Source of the DNA: Bacteroidota bacterium
Lineage (GTDB): Bacteria; Bacteroidota; Bacteroidia; CAILMK01; JACPUW01
Length of the DNA: 64,000 bases
Assembly: GCA_016192035.1 (NCBI GenBank)
Contig: JACPUW010000037.1
Coordinates: forward strand, 18,740-82,739
Reading direction: 5' to 3'
Every line of letters begins with the position of its first letter. Within the stretch, counting starts at the first letter, position 1. The notes below the pieces were generated by a model. That model was not told the DNA's origin and did not search any database. It worked only from the letters and a program-made list of their open reading frames with translations. The translations under genes were made by a program, and so were the position numbers. Below, piece by piece: positions 47,783-56,008 of this stretch.

Positions 47783-47817
47783 TCGGTTCAAGTAATATTT
47801 GACTTGGGTGTTGTTCC

Positions 47818-48480
47818 TTATTTGCTGGCAACCAATTCTATCTGGAGCTCAATGTTGTCTTTTAGCAACACATCTTTCATAAAGTGGGCCCATGCCACAC
47901 CGTATTTCTGGCGGTCGAACACCAATTTGCCCTTGGCCGAAACGGTACCATCTGGGTTCACGGTGGCATTTTTCAATACTACCGTTTCTTCATTGGTTAC
48001 GCCCCTTATGGTCAAATCGCCTTTCAACTCAGTGTCAGTGGCTGAGGTGATTTTGAAACTGGCAGTTGGGTGCTCTTCTACCAAAAAGAAATCGCCCGTG
48101 GCCAAGTGACCTACCAGTTTTTCAGGGGTATTCTCTTCGTTGTACCCATCATCCTTGGGGCTAATGGAGGCCATGTCCACCACAAATTCACCGCCGGTTA
48201 TCTTGTCGCCGGTCACCTCAAGGTTGCCGCTCTGTAGGGCTATATGGCCCCAGTGTGAGTAAACGGTTACACCTGAAGTGCCACCTTCCCAGCGAACAAC
48301 CGAGCTCTCGGTATTCACTGCATAGGTTTCTGGTGTCGCCGTTGCGTGATCGTGTGTTGCCCCGTCCTCGTGGTCGTGGGCAGTTGCTGTTTCGGCAGGT
48401 TTGTTCCCGCCACAGGAAGCCACCACAAAGGCAGCTGCCATCAATGCAATTCCGAATTTTGTCTTCATTTTTGAAATCAA
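47818..48480 (-). CDS. YceI-family lipoprotein with His/Asp-rich N-terminal linker
   Basis: Lipobox ALMAAAFVVASCGG. The linker reads TATAHDHEDGATHDHATATPE. The YceI-like body includes SSVVRWEGG...GEFVVDMASI...HLATGDFFLVEEHPTASFKITS...GDLTIRGVT. Confidence 0.85.
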   Translation of the reverse strand: MISKMKTKFGIALMAAAFVVASCGGNKPAETATAHDHEDGATHDHATATPETYAVNTESSVVRWEGGTSGVTVYSHWGHIALQSGNLEVTGDKITGGEFVVDMASISPKDDGYNEENTPEKLVGHLATGDFFLVEEHPTASFKITSATDTELKGDLTIRGVTNEETVVLKNATVNPDGTVSAKGKLVFDRQKYGVAWAHFMKDVLLKDNIELQIELVASK

Positions 48481-48515
48481 TTTTGAGGGCGCAAATATAT
48501 GGGTGTTCCAAACAA

Positions 48516-48537
48516 ATTACATGTCATGACATGTAAT
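48516..48537. promoter_or_regulatory. Perfect 22-bp palindrome, candidate operator in a divergent promoter region
   Basis: ATTACATGTCATGACATGTAAT equals its own reverse complement (checked base by base). It lies 36 nt from the yceI ATG (48480, - strand) and 18 nt from the ATG at 48555 (+ strand). Confidence 0.6.
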
Positions 48538-48554
48538 ATTTTTTCAATCTATTC

Positions 48555-49154
48555 ATGTTTAACTTGTTAAATAGGTTTATTAACATATTTTTCGCAAATC
48601 AACAATGGATTACCATGTTGATAATCAGTTTGCTGGCAAAAGGAGCAGACGCGGTTCCTTATCAAAAAGGTTACATAGTGATGACACAAGGTGACACCCT
48701 GTGGGGAATGGTAAGGTACCTCCGCATAGACGTACCTAAAAAGGTGCGCTTTTACCAAGAAGCCTCGGGGTACAAAAGGGTCTATGCGCCAGATGAACTC
48801 AGTTCATTCTGTTATGGTACAAGGGAAATATGGCGATCGGTGCCGTATTATGAGCAGGAGATAGGATGGAGCGACCGGTTTTTTATGAAGGTGCGGGCCG
48901 CAGCGCCAGGGGTGGAATTGCTACTGGGCAAGATAACGGCAGAAGGATGTCACTGTAGCGGGAGTCAATTTGATGTGCGGTACAACTGGGTGCTCTACGA
49001 CCCGCTCACCGACGAAAAGGCCATTATTTCACATAACCGATTTGGACACATAAGGTTAAACGAAGATGTATGGGCTTTTTTGTCGGCCCGCAATTGGGCG
49101 GCCTTGCCCCCCAGGGTACCCAGGGCCAAGCACTTGGTTCCCTATATTCACTAA
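48555..49154 (+). CDS. Hypothetical protein
   Basis: 199-aa ORF with a possible signal-like start at M21 (MLIISLLAKGADA). I recognised no family. Confidence 0.55.
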   Translation: MFNLLNRFINIFFANQQWITMLIISLLAKGADAVPYQKGYIVMTQGDTLWGMVRYLRIDVPKKVRFYQEASGYKRVYAPDELSSFCYGTREIWRSVPYYEQEIGWSDRFFMKVRAAAPGVELLLGKITAEGCHCSGSQFDVRYNWVLYDPLTDEKAIISHNRFGHIRLNEDVWAFLSARNWAALPPRVPRAKHLVPYIH

Positions 49155-49352
49155 ACTTGACCACTGTATGAACAATGCGCTAAGTGTTGGCGGTTGGGGG
49201 GTAGGCCTTTTCTGTAGTGGCACTGAATTTGTTTGCTTGGCCCCCACAGAGCCATTCACCACCAGATTTTAATGTTTGCTAAAATGAATACCCCGCTTGC
49301 AGCGTTAGCAACCACTTTTGTATCCTTCCTGCGCTTGACCTACCCTTTCAAC

Positions 49353-49676
49353 ATGTGGCATAAAATCCTCGCCTTCCTCCTTATCCTTTCCATTGTGGCG
49401 ACCCAATTTTCAGGGGCTCACGCCCATGATTTATTGCCCAAGGGCCAAAGGATCATATCATACCAAGTGAACAACAAACTGGTGATTGAGCTAAGCTCTA
49501 TCAATACCGATGGCCTTCGTTTGCAGCTATTTAGTGAGTCGGGCGATATGGTAGAGTCTGTGCTGCTACGGGCAGGTACCGCCAGCCATCAAATGGAAAA
49601 ACCCACCGCTGGGGTATATCTGCTGTTTCTTAAAAAAGAGAGTGCAGTAGCTATTAAGCGGCTAAGGGTAAACTAA
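49353..49676 (+). CDS. Small secreted protein consisting essentially of a signal peptide plus a T9SS type A-like C-terminal domain
   Basis: Signal peptide MWHKILAFLLILSIVATQFSGAHA. It is followed by ~80 aa with a tail-like pattern (NNKLVIELSS...LRLQLFSESGDMVESVLL...AGVYLLFLKKESAVAIKRLRVN). The ORF-track start at 49233 is probably an extension. Confidence 0.5.
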   Translation: MWHKILAFLLILSIVATQFSGAHAHDLLPKGQRIISYQVNNKLVIELSSINTDGLRLQLFSESGDMVESVLLRAGTASHQMEKPTAGVYLLFLKKESAVAIKRLRVN

Positions 49677-51106
49677 TTATATAGACTCACCATCCAGTTT
49701 TCCAGCTCCTTGCGCATGTCAGTGGCCGAACACGAATAGCTGTTGGCCATTGCGCAGAATGTCAATTTATCCCCTTGATTATTCACTAGGTAACCGCTGT
49801 AGCTTCTCACTTTGTCCATATACCCACTCTTGGCGCGCAAATTTCCCTCGGCCAGGGTGCCTTTAAACATGGAGGCTATGGACCCACTTATTCCAGCCAC
49901 GGGCAAACTGGCGTAAAAGGTTTGCGGACCGCTCTTATTGGCCATGTATAGAAGCACCCTGCACATGGTTTCCGCTCCTATGCCATTGAACCGCGAAAGG
50001 CCCGATCCATCGTATAAATTGCACATATCCATATCTATACCTTTCTCTTTCCAGTATTCCTTTAGTGCATCAACCCCTGCTTGTGTGCCCCATTCGCCCT
50101 TTTTCACAAGGCCTATTTGGCTCAGTAGGGCCTCGGCAAACAGGTTATTGCTTTCCATATTGGTTATCTTCACTATGTCAGCCAGTTTGGGGCCCACAAT
50201 CTCCCCTACCAAGTGTAAATCGGTGGAGGCAGGCAAAACCGGACTGCTTGTTCCCATGCCTTGACTGAGGGCTATGCCCGCTTTTTGTATGGCCAGGTAT
50301 GCCCCGCGCAATGCCGGAAATTCGGGTTCGGGCAAGGAGGCCTTTATCACAAAGCCTTTTCTATGCTCGGGCAGTGCTCCGCCTATCCAACGTCCGTACT
50401 GGCCAGGCCCCCCATACACGTAGGCATTGTCGTATCCTATTCGGGCCGCCACTACATGGTTTTCAAATTGTAGGTGGGGAACCCACGGCCTGTACGACAC
50501 CAGGGTGCTTAGGCCACCGGCCTCGGCAGTGTTGAAAGTGAGCCATATGCTGTTGTCGGCATAGTTGAGCGGGGCCAATGAGGCGCCGTAGTAATTGCCC
50601 AGGTCTAGGTATGACCATGTTGGAGGTATGCGGTGGCGCGTGTCGCCAGGCATCGGCAGCATACGCAGTGCCCCTTCCACTTGGTTGATTCCCATGTTTT
50701 TCAATTGATTGATCCAATCGTTAAACATAATAAGGGTATCGGTGGCCGTAAAATACCGGGAGCCCCAGGTGGGGTCGCCCCCTGGCTTTACATACAAATC
50801 TCCGTGTAGCACACCCTTTTCTATTATTCCGCTATGGTACAGCTCAGTGGTAAACCTAAAGTCATCACCCAGTACTTCCAGGGCGGTGGCCGTGGTAATG
50901 GCCTTAAGGCTTGATGCGGGGGCCAGGTTCAACTGCGCCTGATATGCGTGTAAAACAGCCCCCTTAGAATTCAGCACACAGAACCCCAGTACGCTCTCAG
51001 GGTGTCGGTTGGCAATTTCACGGCCTACCTGGGTAGCGCTGGGCCCGCCTAGGTTACCTGCCATAAGTGCCGTGCAGGTAATGAGTGCAATTTTATGAAA
51101 CATCAT
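49673..51106 (-). CDS. dacB: D-alanyl-D-alanine carboxypeptidase/endopeptidase (PBP4, peptidase S13)
   Basis: 477 aa with the SxxK active site in PASSLKAITTATALEVLG. It also has a typical PBP4 length and the C-terminal KSGYM (KTG-like) motif. Confidence 0.85.
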   Translation of the reverse strand: MMFHKIALITCTALMAGNLGGPSATQVGREIANRHPESVLGFCVLNSKGAVLHAYQAQLNLAPASSLKAITTATALEVLGDDFRFTTELYHSGIIEKGVLHGDLYVKPGGDPTWGSRYFTATDTLIMFNDWINQLKNMGINQVEGALRMLPMPGDTRHRIPPTWSYLDLGNYYGASLAPLNYADNSIWLTFNTAEAGGLSTLVSYRPWVPHLQFENHVVAARIGYDNAYVYGGPGQYGRWIGGALPEHRKGFVIKASLPEPEFPALRGAYLAIQKAGIALSQGMGTSSPVLPASTDLHLVGEIVGPKLADIVKITNMESNNLFAEALLSQIGLVKKGEWGTQAGVDALKEYWKEKGIDMDMCNLYDGSGLSRFNGIGAETMCRVLLYMANKSGPQTFYASLPVAGISGSIASMFKGTLAEGNLRAKSGYMDKVRSYSGYLVNNQGDKLTFCAMANSYSCSATDMRKELENWMVSLYN

Positions 51107-52226
51107 GATTTTCAGTAATATACTTTGCCATTGCCCTGCCGGCCTCCCGAAGGGCCGTTTCAGGATCAGCCATGGATTGTTCTACACTTATCCCACTTTC
51201 AATTATTGAGTGTATATACCTGGCACTCAAATTTTCCCGGACCAAATGGGCATTTAAAATGCTACCGCAAACCAATAGAAGGGGTTTTCCATGGGCCTGG
51301 CACAGGGCTGCCAAGCCATGCACCACCTTGCCATCAAGGGTTTGGCTGTCTATCTGTCCTTCCCCCCCAATAACCCAGTTGCAGGCTGCAAGGCTTTGTT
51401 CAAGCCTAAGTGCGCCTGCCACTACTTTAAATCCAGGCTTTCCTTGGGCTCCAAGTAGGTTTCTGAGCCCAAAACCCATGCCTCCCGCTGCACCGTCGCC
51501 CGGGTGATGGGCCACATCCCTGTCCATTTGCTTAAGGCACTGGCTCACTTGCCTAAACCCTTTGGTTAGCAAGTCTATATCTCCTTGGTTAGCTCCTTTT
51601 TGTGGGGCATAGCGGTCTAGGCAGTTGTTGGGCCCTAGCAGGGGCACGTCCACGTCATATAAATAGGTTATGTCTATGCCAGCGGGTTTGTTCATGGCCA
51701 TTATCCTGTGTGCCTTTAAGAAATCCTCGGGTCTATGCCCAAGCATAATGCCCTGTTCATCGTGCATTTGTAGCCCAAGGCGTGTCAGGGCGCCCAAGCC
51801 CATATCACAAGTGGCACTCCCCCCAAGCCCTATCCATAGGTGCCGGGCCCCCTTTTCCATGGCATGGGCCATCATTTGTCCTGTGCCATACGTGCTTGCA
51901 AATAGCGGGTTTCGTTCGGCGGCCGCCAGGAGGCTTAGACCGGATGCCGATGCCATATCCATCACGGCCAGGCTTTTTTCTTCATGAAAATACCAGCCTG
52001 ATCTAAGCGGTCGTCCAAGTGGGTCGGATACTTCCACTTCCAGGTAGTCCATATGTAGGGCCATGCCCAGCGTGTGTGCGGTACCCTCCCCGCCGTCGGC
52101 TAAGGGCTGGGTAACAATATTGGCCGGTGAAAGGCCTCCTTCCACCAAACCTTGTTTGATGGCTGCCGCTACCCCAGGAGCATCCAGGCTTCCCTTAAAG
52201 GAATCAGGGGCTATAAGTACCTTCAT
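51093..52226 (-). CDS. glxK: Glycerate kinase
   Basis: MKVLIAPDSFKGSLDAPGVAAAI is the canonical glycerate kinase start. It also has ADGGEGT and the GEGQIDSQTLDGKV motif. The ORF-track start at 52436 is a 70-codon extension that overlaps the upstream gene. The chosen ATG forms an ATGA overlap with that gene's stop. Confidence 0.9.
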   Translation of the reverse strand: MKVLIAPDSFKGSLDAPGVAAAIKQGLVEGGLSPANIVTQPLADGGEGTAHTLGMALHMDYLEVEVSDPLGRPLRSGWYFHEEKSLAVMDMASASGLSLLAAAERNPLFASTYGTGQMMAHAMEKGARHLWIGLGGSATCDMGLGALTRLGLQMHDEQGIMLGHRPEDFLKAHRIMAMNKPAGIDITYLYDVDVPLLGPNNCLDRYAPQKGANQGDIDLLTKGFRQVSQCLKQMDRDVAHHPGDGAAGGMGFGLRNLLGAQGKPGFKVVAGALRLEQSLAACNWVIGGEGQIDSQTLDGKVVHGLAALCQAHGKPLLLVCGSILNAHLVRENLSARYIHSIIESGISVEQSMADPETALREAGRAMAKYITENHDVS

Positions 52227-53197
52227 GCCACGCGGTGCTGCACCCGGTGGTTCAAGAAGCCAAGAATATTTGCCAACGAAATGTCCATGAGCCGTTTGCG
52301 TGATTCCAAACTTGCCCAGGCCATGTGTGGGGTTACCAAGCACCGGTGAGCGGTAAGCAGGGGGCTTGCGCCAATTGGTGGTTCCTGCTTCAACACGTCT
52401 ATGCCCGCTCCACCCAGCTTTCCGCTGTTCAGCCATTGGGCCAAGGCCGTTTCGTCTATTAGCCCCCCACGGGCTGTGTTAATTAGTATGGCCCCCTGTT
52501 TCATTTGGGCCAGGAAGGAGCTGTTCACCATTTCCCGGGTTTCTGTGTTCAAAGGGCAGTGTAGCGAAACCACATCGGATTGGGCCAGTAGCTGTGGGAG
52601 TGAGCAGTACAACACTCCCTTTGGGGAGGGTAGGCCCTGCTGCCTTCGGTGGGCTACCACCTGCATGCCAAAAGCCAGGGCTATGCGGGCCACCTCCGTA
52701 CCTATCTGTCCGAAACCAATAAGCCCCAGTGTTTTGCCCCTTAACTCCGAAACTGTGCCCAAGGTATAGCTAAAGTGTTCTTGAGCAGCCCATTGGCCCA
52801 TTTGCACAGCATCCTGGTGATGTTGGTACGGTCTATTCGTTATGGACAGAAGCAAGGCAAATACATGTTGCGCTACGGAGTGGCTGCTATATCCCGCAGC
52901 ATTGCACACCACTACGCCTTTATGTTTGGCGGCCTGTATGTCCACCACATCATACCCCGTAGCCAACACGTTGATCAACTTCAAGCTGTCAAGTTTTTCA
53001 ATGACCCGGGCTGATATGGGAGTTTTATTGGTAGCCACCACCTGGGCACCCTGTGCGCGTTCCAGCACCAGCGATGGCGGGGTGTAGGAGAACACCTGGA
53101 GGTGGAATTGTTGGTGCCATTCCTCCCATGACAAGTCGCCGGGGTTAAGCGTTTGCCCGTCGAGCACCACTACAGATACAGGGTATGCGGTTGGCAA
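52223..53197 (-). CDS. D-isomer-specific 2-hydroxyacid dehydrogenase (glycerate dehydrogenase / hydroxypyruvate reductase-like)
   Basis: NAD-binding motif GLIGFGQIGTEVARIALAFGMQVVAH. Catalytic region reads LINTARGGLIDETAL...TPHMAWAS. Confidence 0.88.
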   Translation of the reverse strand: MPTAYPVSVVVLDGQTLNPGDLSWEEWHQQFHLQVFSYTPPSLVLERAQGAQVVATNKTPISARVIEKLDSLKLINVLATGYDVVDIQAAKHKGVVVCNAAGYSSHSVAQHVFALLLSITNRPYQHHQDAVQMGQWAAQEHFSYTLGTVSELRGKTLGLIGFGQIGTEVARIALAFGMQVVAHRRQQGLPSPKGVLYCSLPQLLAQSDVVSLHCPLNTETREMVNSSFLAQMKQGAILINTARGGLIDETALAQWLNSGKLGGAGIDVLKQEPPIGASPLLTAHRCLVTPHMAWASLESRKRLMDISLANILGFLNHRVQHRVA

Positions 53198-53209
53198 TGT
53201 GTATGTTGT

Positions 53210-53473
53210 TTAATGAAATAGAAAGCGTTTTATTGGCTTGGTAATCAAATTCAAAAGCATGAAAACCCTGATTGGGGCAGAAATGGGGTGATAAAGGGCC
53301 ATTCCTCCTCTGCCAATCCTCATTTGGCCTGGCTGGTTGCCAAACACATGGAAATTATGGCCCTCAAAGAGCCTAACTATACAGGGCCAGACTAGCAAGA
53401 CACCGGCTGCCATGGCCACTTTTCCTATGAGTTGGTGCACAAAACAAATATAGATGACTGCCGTGAATGCCAA
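53210..53473 (-). CDS. Possible small hydrophobic protein (uncertain)
   Basis: An 87-codon ORF ends 12 nt upstream of the dehydrogenase start on the same strand. It has a hydrophobic N-terminus and no recognisable family. Confidence 0.25.
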   Translation of the reverse strand: MAFTAVIYICFVHQLIGKVAMAAGVLLVWPCIVRLFEGHNFHVFGNQPGQMRIGRGGMALYHPISAPIRVFMLLNLITKPIKRFLFH

Positions 53474-53482
53474 TTTTGGCGC

Positions 53483-54127
53483 ATGGACACAAAAGAGTTG
53501 CGGGTAGTGGTGCGGCGCACCGCTAGGGTATATGCCAGGGGTATGGGCGGAGGTGAAACTTCCCAGTTATGGATAGCACTGCATGGCTACGGCCAGTTGG
53601 CTGCCCATTTTGCACAAAAATTTGAGGCTTTGCCATACAATACGCATTATGTCCTTGTCCCTGAGGCCATGTCGCGGTTTTACCTGTCGGGCACCGAAGG
53701 CAGGGTAGGGGCTAGCTGGATGACCAAGGAGGCACGGCTGGATGACATAGCCGACTATGTGGCCTACCTGGATAGCACCGTGCAGTTGGCACCTGAGGGG
53801 GTGGCCAAAAGGGTGGTACTAGGATTTAGCCAGGGCGCAGCCACGGCAGTGCGCTGGGCGGTAATGGGCCATAAACTGCCCGATGTGCTGGTGCTATGGG
53901 CGGGCTCATTCCCCCCCGACTTAGACCAAGTACACATCAATAGGCTCAGAAACACAGAAATATGGCTGGTGAGGGGGAGTGATGACCCGTATATAAGCCA
54001 CGCTCAACTCGCCACCATGGAACAGGTAATGTCTGCTGCTGAATTGGAATACAAGAACTTACACTACAAGGGCGGTCACCGCCTGTATCCTGAGGTAGTC
54101 ATGGAGTTGGCCCAAAAGATTGGGTAG
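53483..54127 (+). CDS. Alpha/beta hydrolase (phospholipase/carboxylesterase family)
   Basis: WIALHGYGQ..., the nucleophile elbow GFSQGAA, and a C-terminal GGHRL are visible. I chose the ATG at 53483 over the TTG at 53432. Confidence 0.8.
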   Translation: MDTKELRVVVRRTARVYARGMGGGETSQLWIALHGYGQLAAHFAQKFEALPYNTHYVLVPEAMSRFYLSGTEGRVGASWMTKEARLDDIADYVAYLDSTVQLAPEGVAKRVVLGFSQGAATAVRWAVMGHKLPDVLVLWAGSFPPDLDQVHINRLRNTEIWLVRGSDDPYISHAQLATMEQVMSAAELEYKNLHYKGGHRLYPEVVMELAQKIG

Positions 54128-54129
54128 GG

Positions 54130-54501
54130 TCAGTGGTTTTTTCGCGGATTGGGATAGTTGTCCGCCTCGTCTTCGCCCCGCTGTGGGTTTATGCAGGCAT
54201 AGTCCTTTTCAACCAAAATGTGCAGGGAGTCACCACCTTCCAGGGATTGTACATGCTCAAAGTGGACCATTTCGTCATCAATTGCCCATTTTTCGCCTAT
54301 TTCATAGGGCACCTCTATGGAGAGGGTATTATTGGTGAGGTAGGCATTTGGCTGCTCCACCTCGGCCATATGTACTTGATAGATAAGGGCGGTGTTGCCC
54401 AGTTGTACCTTGTCAAAGCAAATTTCGGTTTCCCTAAACTGTTTGACCTCTGACTGTGTGAGGCGCAATCGGATGGTGTTTCCTTTTATTCTCAGCTTCA
54501 T
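54130..54501 (-). CDS. Conserved hypothetical protein (DUF7009-like by recollection)
   Basis: 123 aa, MKLRIKGNTIRLRLTQSEVKQF.... The gene starts 4 nt after the fdhD stop on the same strand. Confidence 0.6.
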   Translation of the reverse strand: MKLRIKGNTIRLRLTQSEVKQFRETEICFDKVQLGNTALIYQVHMAEVEQPNAYLTNNTLSIEVPYEIGEKWAIDDEMVHFEHVQSLEGGDSLHILVEKDYACINPQRGEDEADNYPNPRKNH

Positions 54502-54505
54502 ATAT

Positions 54506-55363
54506 TCACATATTTAATTCAATTCTCTGGTGGTGGCTATACACATTAAATCGGTCGTGGGCAAGAAAACCGACCAAGGTCATACCTAAGTCGTTAGCGG
54601 TTTGTACGGCCAGGCTTGAGGGGGCACCCACGGCTACCACAACAGGAACCCTGGCCATGGCCGCCTTTTGAATTAGTTCAAAGCTAACCCTTCCGCTCAA
54701 TATTAAAATGCTTTCGCTCATGTTCACGGAATTATTTGCCATACATGCGCCTATCAGCTTATCCAATGCATTGTGACGGCCTACATCTTCGCGCAACAGG
54801 TGTATCTGTCCGTCAAAGGTAAAAAAGGCGCAGCCATGTAGGCTACCTGTGTGCTCAAACACGGCCTGCCGCTGCCTGAGTACCAGTGGGAGTTTGCATA
54901 GCGTTTGCCGCTTCACCTGATGGCTTTTAGGGCTTAGGGCTTCGCGCCCGGCAAATGTTTTTAGCGCCTCAATCGCCCGCTTGCCGCATACCCCACAGCT
55001 TGATGAAATGTAAAAGTTGCGCTCTAAGGATGAAAGGTTTACCTCCATACCAGGCCTCAAATCTACCATCAAGGTGTTTTGCCAGGCTTCGGGCATTTCG
55101 GTTTCGGTGCAGTAGCGCATATGGACTATATCAGTGGCATTTGCCACTATGCCTTCGGTAAACAAAAAACCCATGGCAAGTTCAAAATCGTGGCCAGGCG
55201 TGCGCATGGTAATGGCCACCGGCTGCTTCACCCTTTCGCCTGCCGGCCCATGTACCAGCCTAATTTCCAGGGGTTCCTCTACCGATACCAAGTCTGGTTG
55301 GCGCAACACCCCTTGGGGGTTTACTTTGGTTACCTGCACAGAGGCTACACTGGCTTTCATCAT
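54506..55363 (-). CDS. fdhD: Formate dehydrogenase accessory sulfurtransferase FdhD
   Basis: 285 aa. SSSCGVCGK is the catalytic Cys loop. The C-terminal LSGRVSFELIQKAAMARVPVVVAVGAPSSLAV is also typical. Confidence 0.9.
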   Translation of the reverse strand: MMKASVASVQVTKVNPQGVLRQPDLVSVEEPLEIRLVHGPAGERVKQPVAITMRTPGHDFELAMGFLFTEGIVANATDIVHMRYCTETEMPEAWQNTLMVDLRPGMEVNLSSLERNFYISSSCGVCGKRAIEALKTFAGREALSPKSHQVKRQTLCKLPLVLRQRQAVFEHTGSLHGCAFFTFDGQIHLLREDVGRHNALDKLIGACMANNSVNMSESILILSGRVSFELIQKAAMARVPVVVAVGAPSSLAVQTANDLGMTLVGFLAHDRFNVYSHHQRIELNM

Positions 55364-56007
55364 TAGTCAGCAATTTTTATGGCAGCCATTATTCCATCGC
55401 GTATGGGCAGCACCACGTTGAGTAGGCCGGGGTGATTTTGTACAAGCAGGTTGAATTGGCGCAGCCCGTCGGTATCCTTATCCTGAGCGGTGTCATCTAC
55501 CACCTTACCACTCCAGAGCACATTGTCGGCCAGGAGCAGCCCGCCTCGTCTCATTTTTTGGTACACCTGCTGTAAATAGTGGGGGTAGTTTACTTTATCG
55601 GCATCTATAAACACCAGGTCAAAACCATCGGGCAGCGTGGGAATGATGTCAATGGCCTTGCCCAGGTGCAGGTGGCATTGCTGGCGGCAACCGGCCAATG
55701 CCCAGTATTTTTTGATCATTGTTTCACGCTCGGGGTCTATTTCTATGCTGTGCAACTGCCCGTTGTCATCCATGCCCTGGGTTAGACAAATGGACGAATA
55801 CCCAGTGAACGTGCCTATTTCCAGTATATATCGGGGCTTGCAAAGCAGTGACAATAACCGCAACAACTGCCCTTGGTGATGGCCTGAGAGCATTTGGGGC
55901 GTGTTCACCTTGAGGTGGGTTTCGCGGCAGAGTTGGCCCAGCAGCGCGGGTTCCTCGCCACTGTGCGCCTCCATATAGAGCACTAATTCTGGCGGCCAAA
56001 AGTCCAT
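55363..56007 (-). CDS. Class I SAM-dependent O-methyltransferase (caffeoyl-CoA OMT / YrrM-like)
   Basis: ILEIGTFTGYSSICL (SAM motif I) and FIDADKVNY are visible. Its stop TAA shares one base with the fdhD ATG (TAATG). Confidence 0.85.
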   Translation of the reverse strand: MDFWPPELVLYMEAHSGEEPALLGQLCRETHLKVNTPQMLSGHHQGQLLRLLSLLCKPRYILEIGTFTGYSSICLTQGMDDNGQLHSIEIDPERETMIKKYWALAGCRQQCHLHLGKAIDIIPTLPDGFDLVFIDADKVNYPHYLQQVYQKMRRGGLLLADNVLWSGKVVDDTAQDKDTDGLRQFNLLVQNHPGLLNVVLPIRDGIMAAIKIAD

Positions 56008-56008
56008 A

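Noticed and set aside
52227-52436. Long N-terminal extensions offered by the ORF track (glycerate kinase from 52436, tatC from 1370, gcvH from 24672, beta-helix protein from 38104, PCD from 57578)
   Set aside because: In each case the family-typical N-terminus begins at an internal ATG ([39 protein letters not shown], signal peptide MYLPKTIG..., MHEWSNRNG...). The extension would also overlap the neighbouring gene or encode non-conserved sequence.
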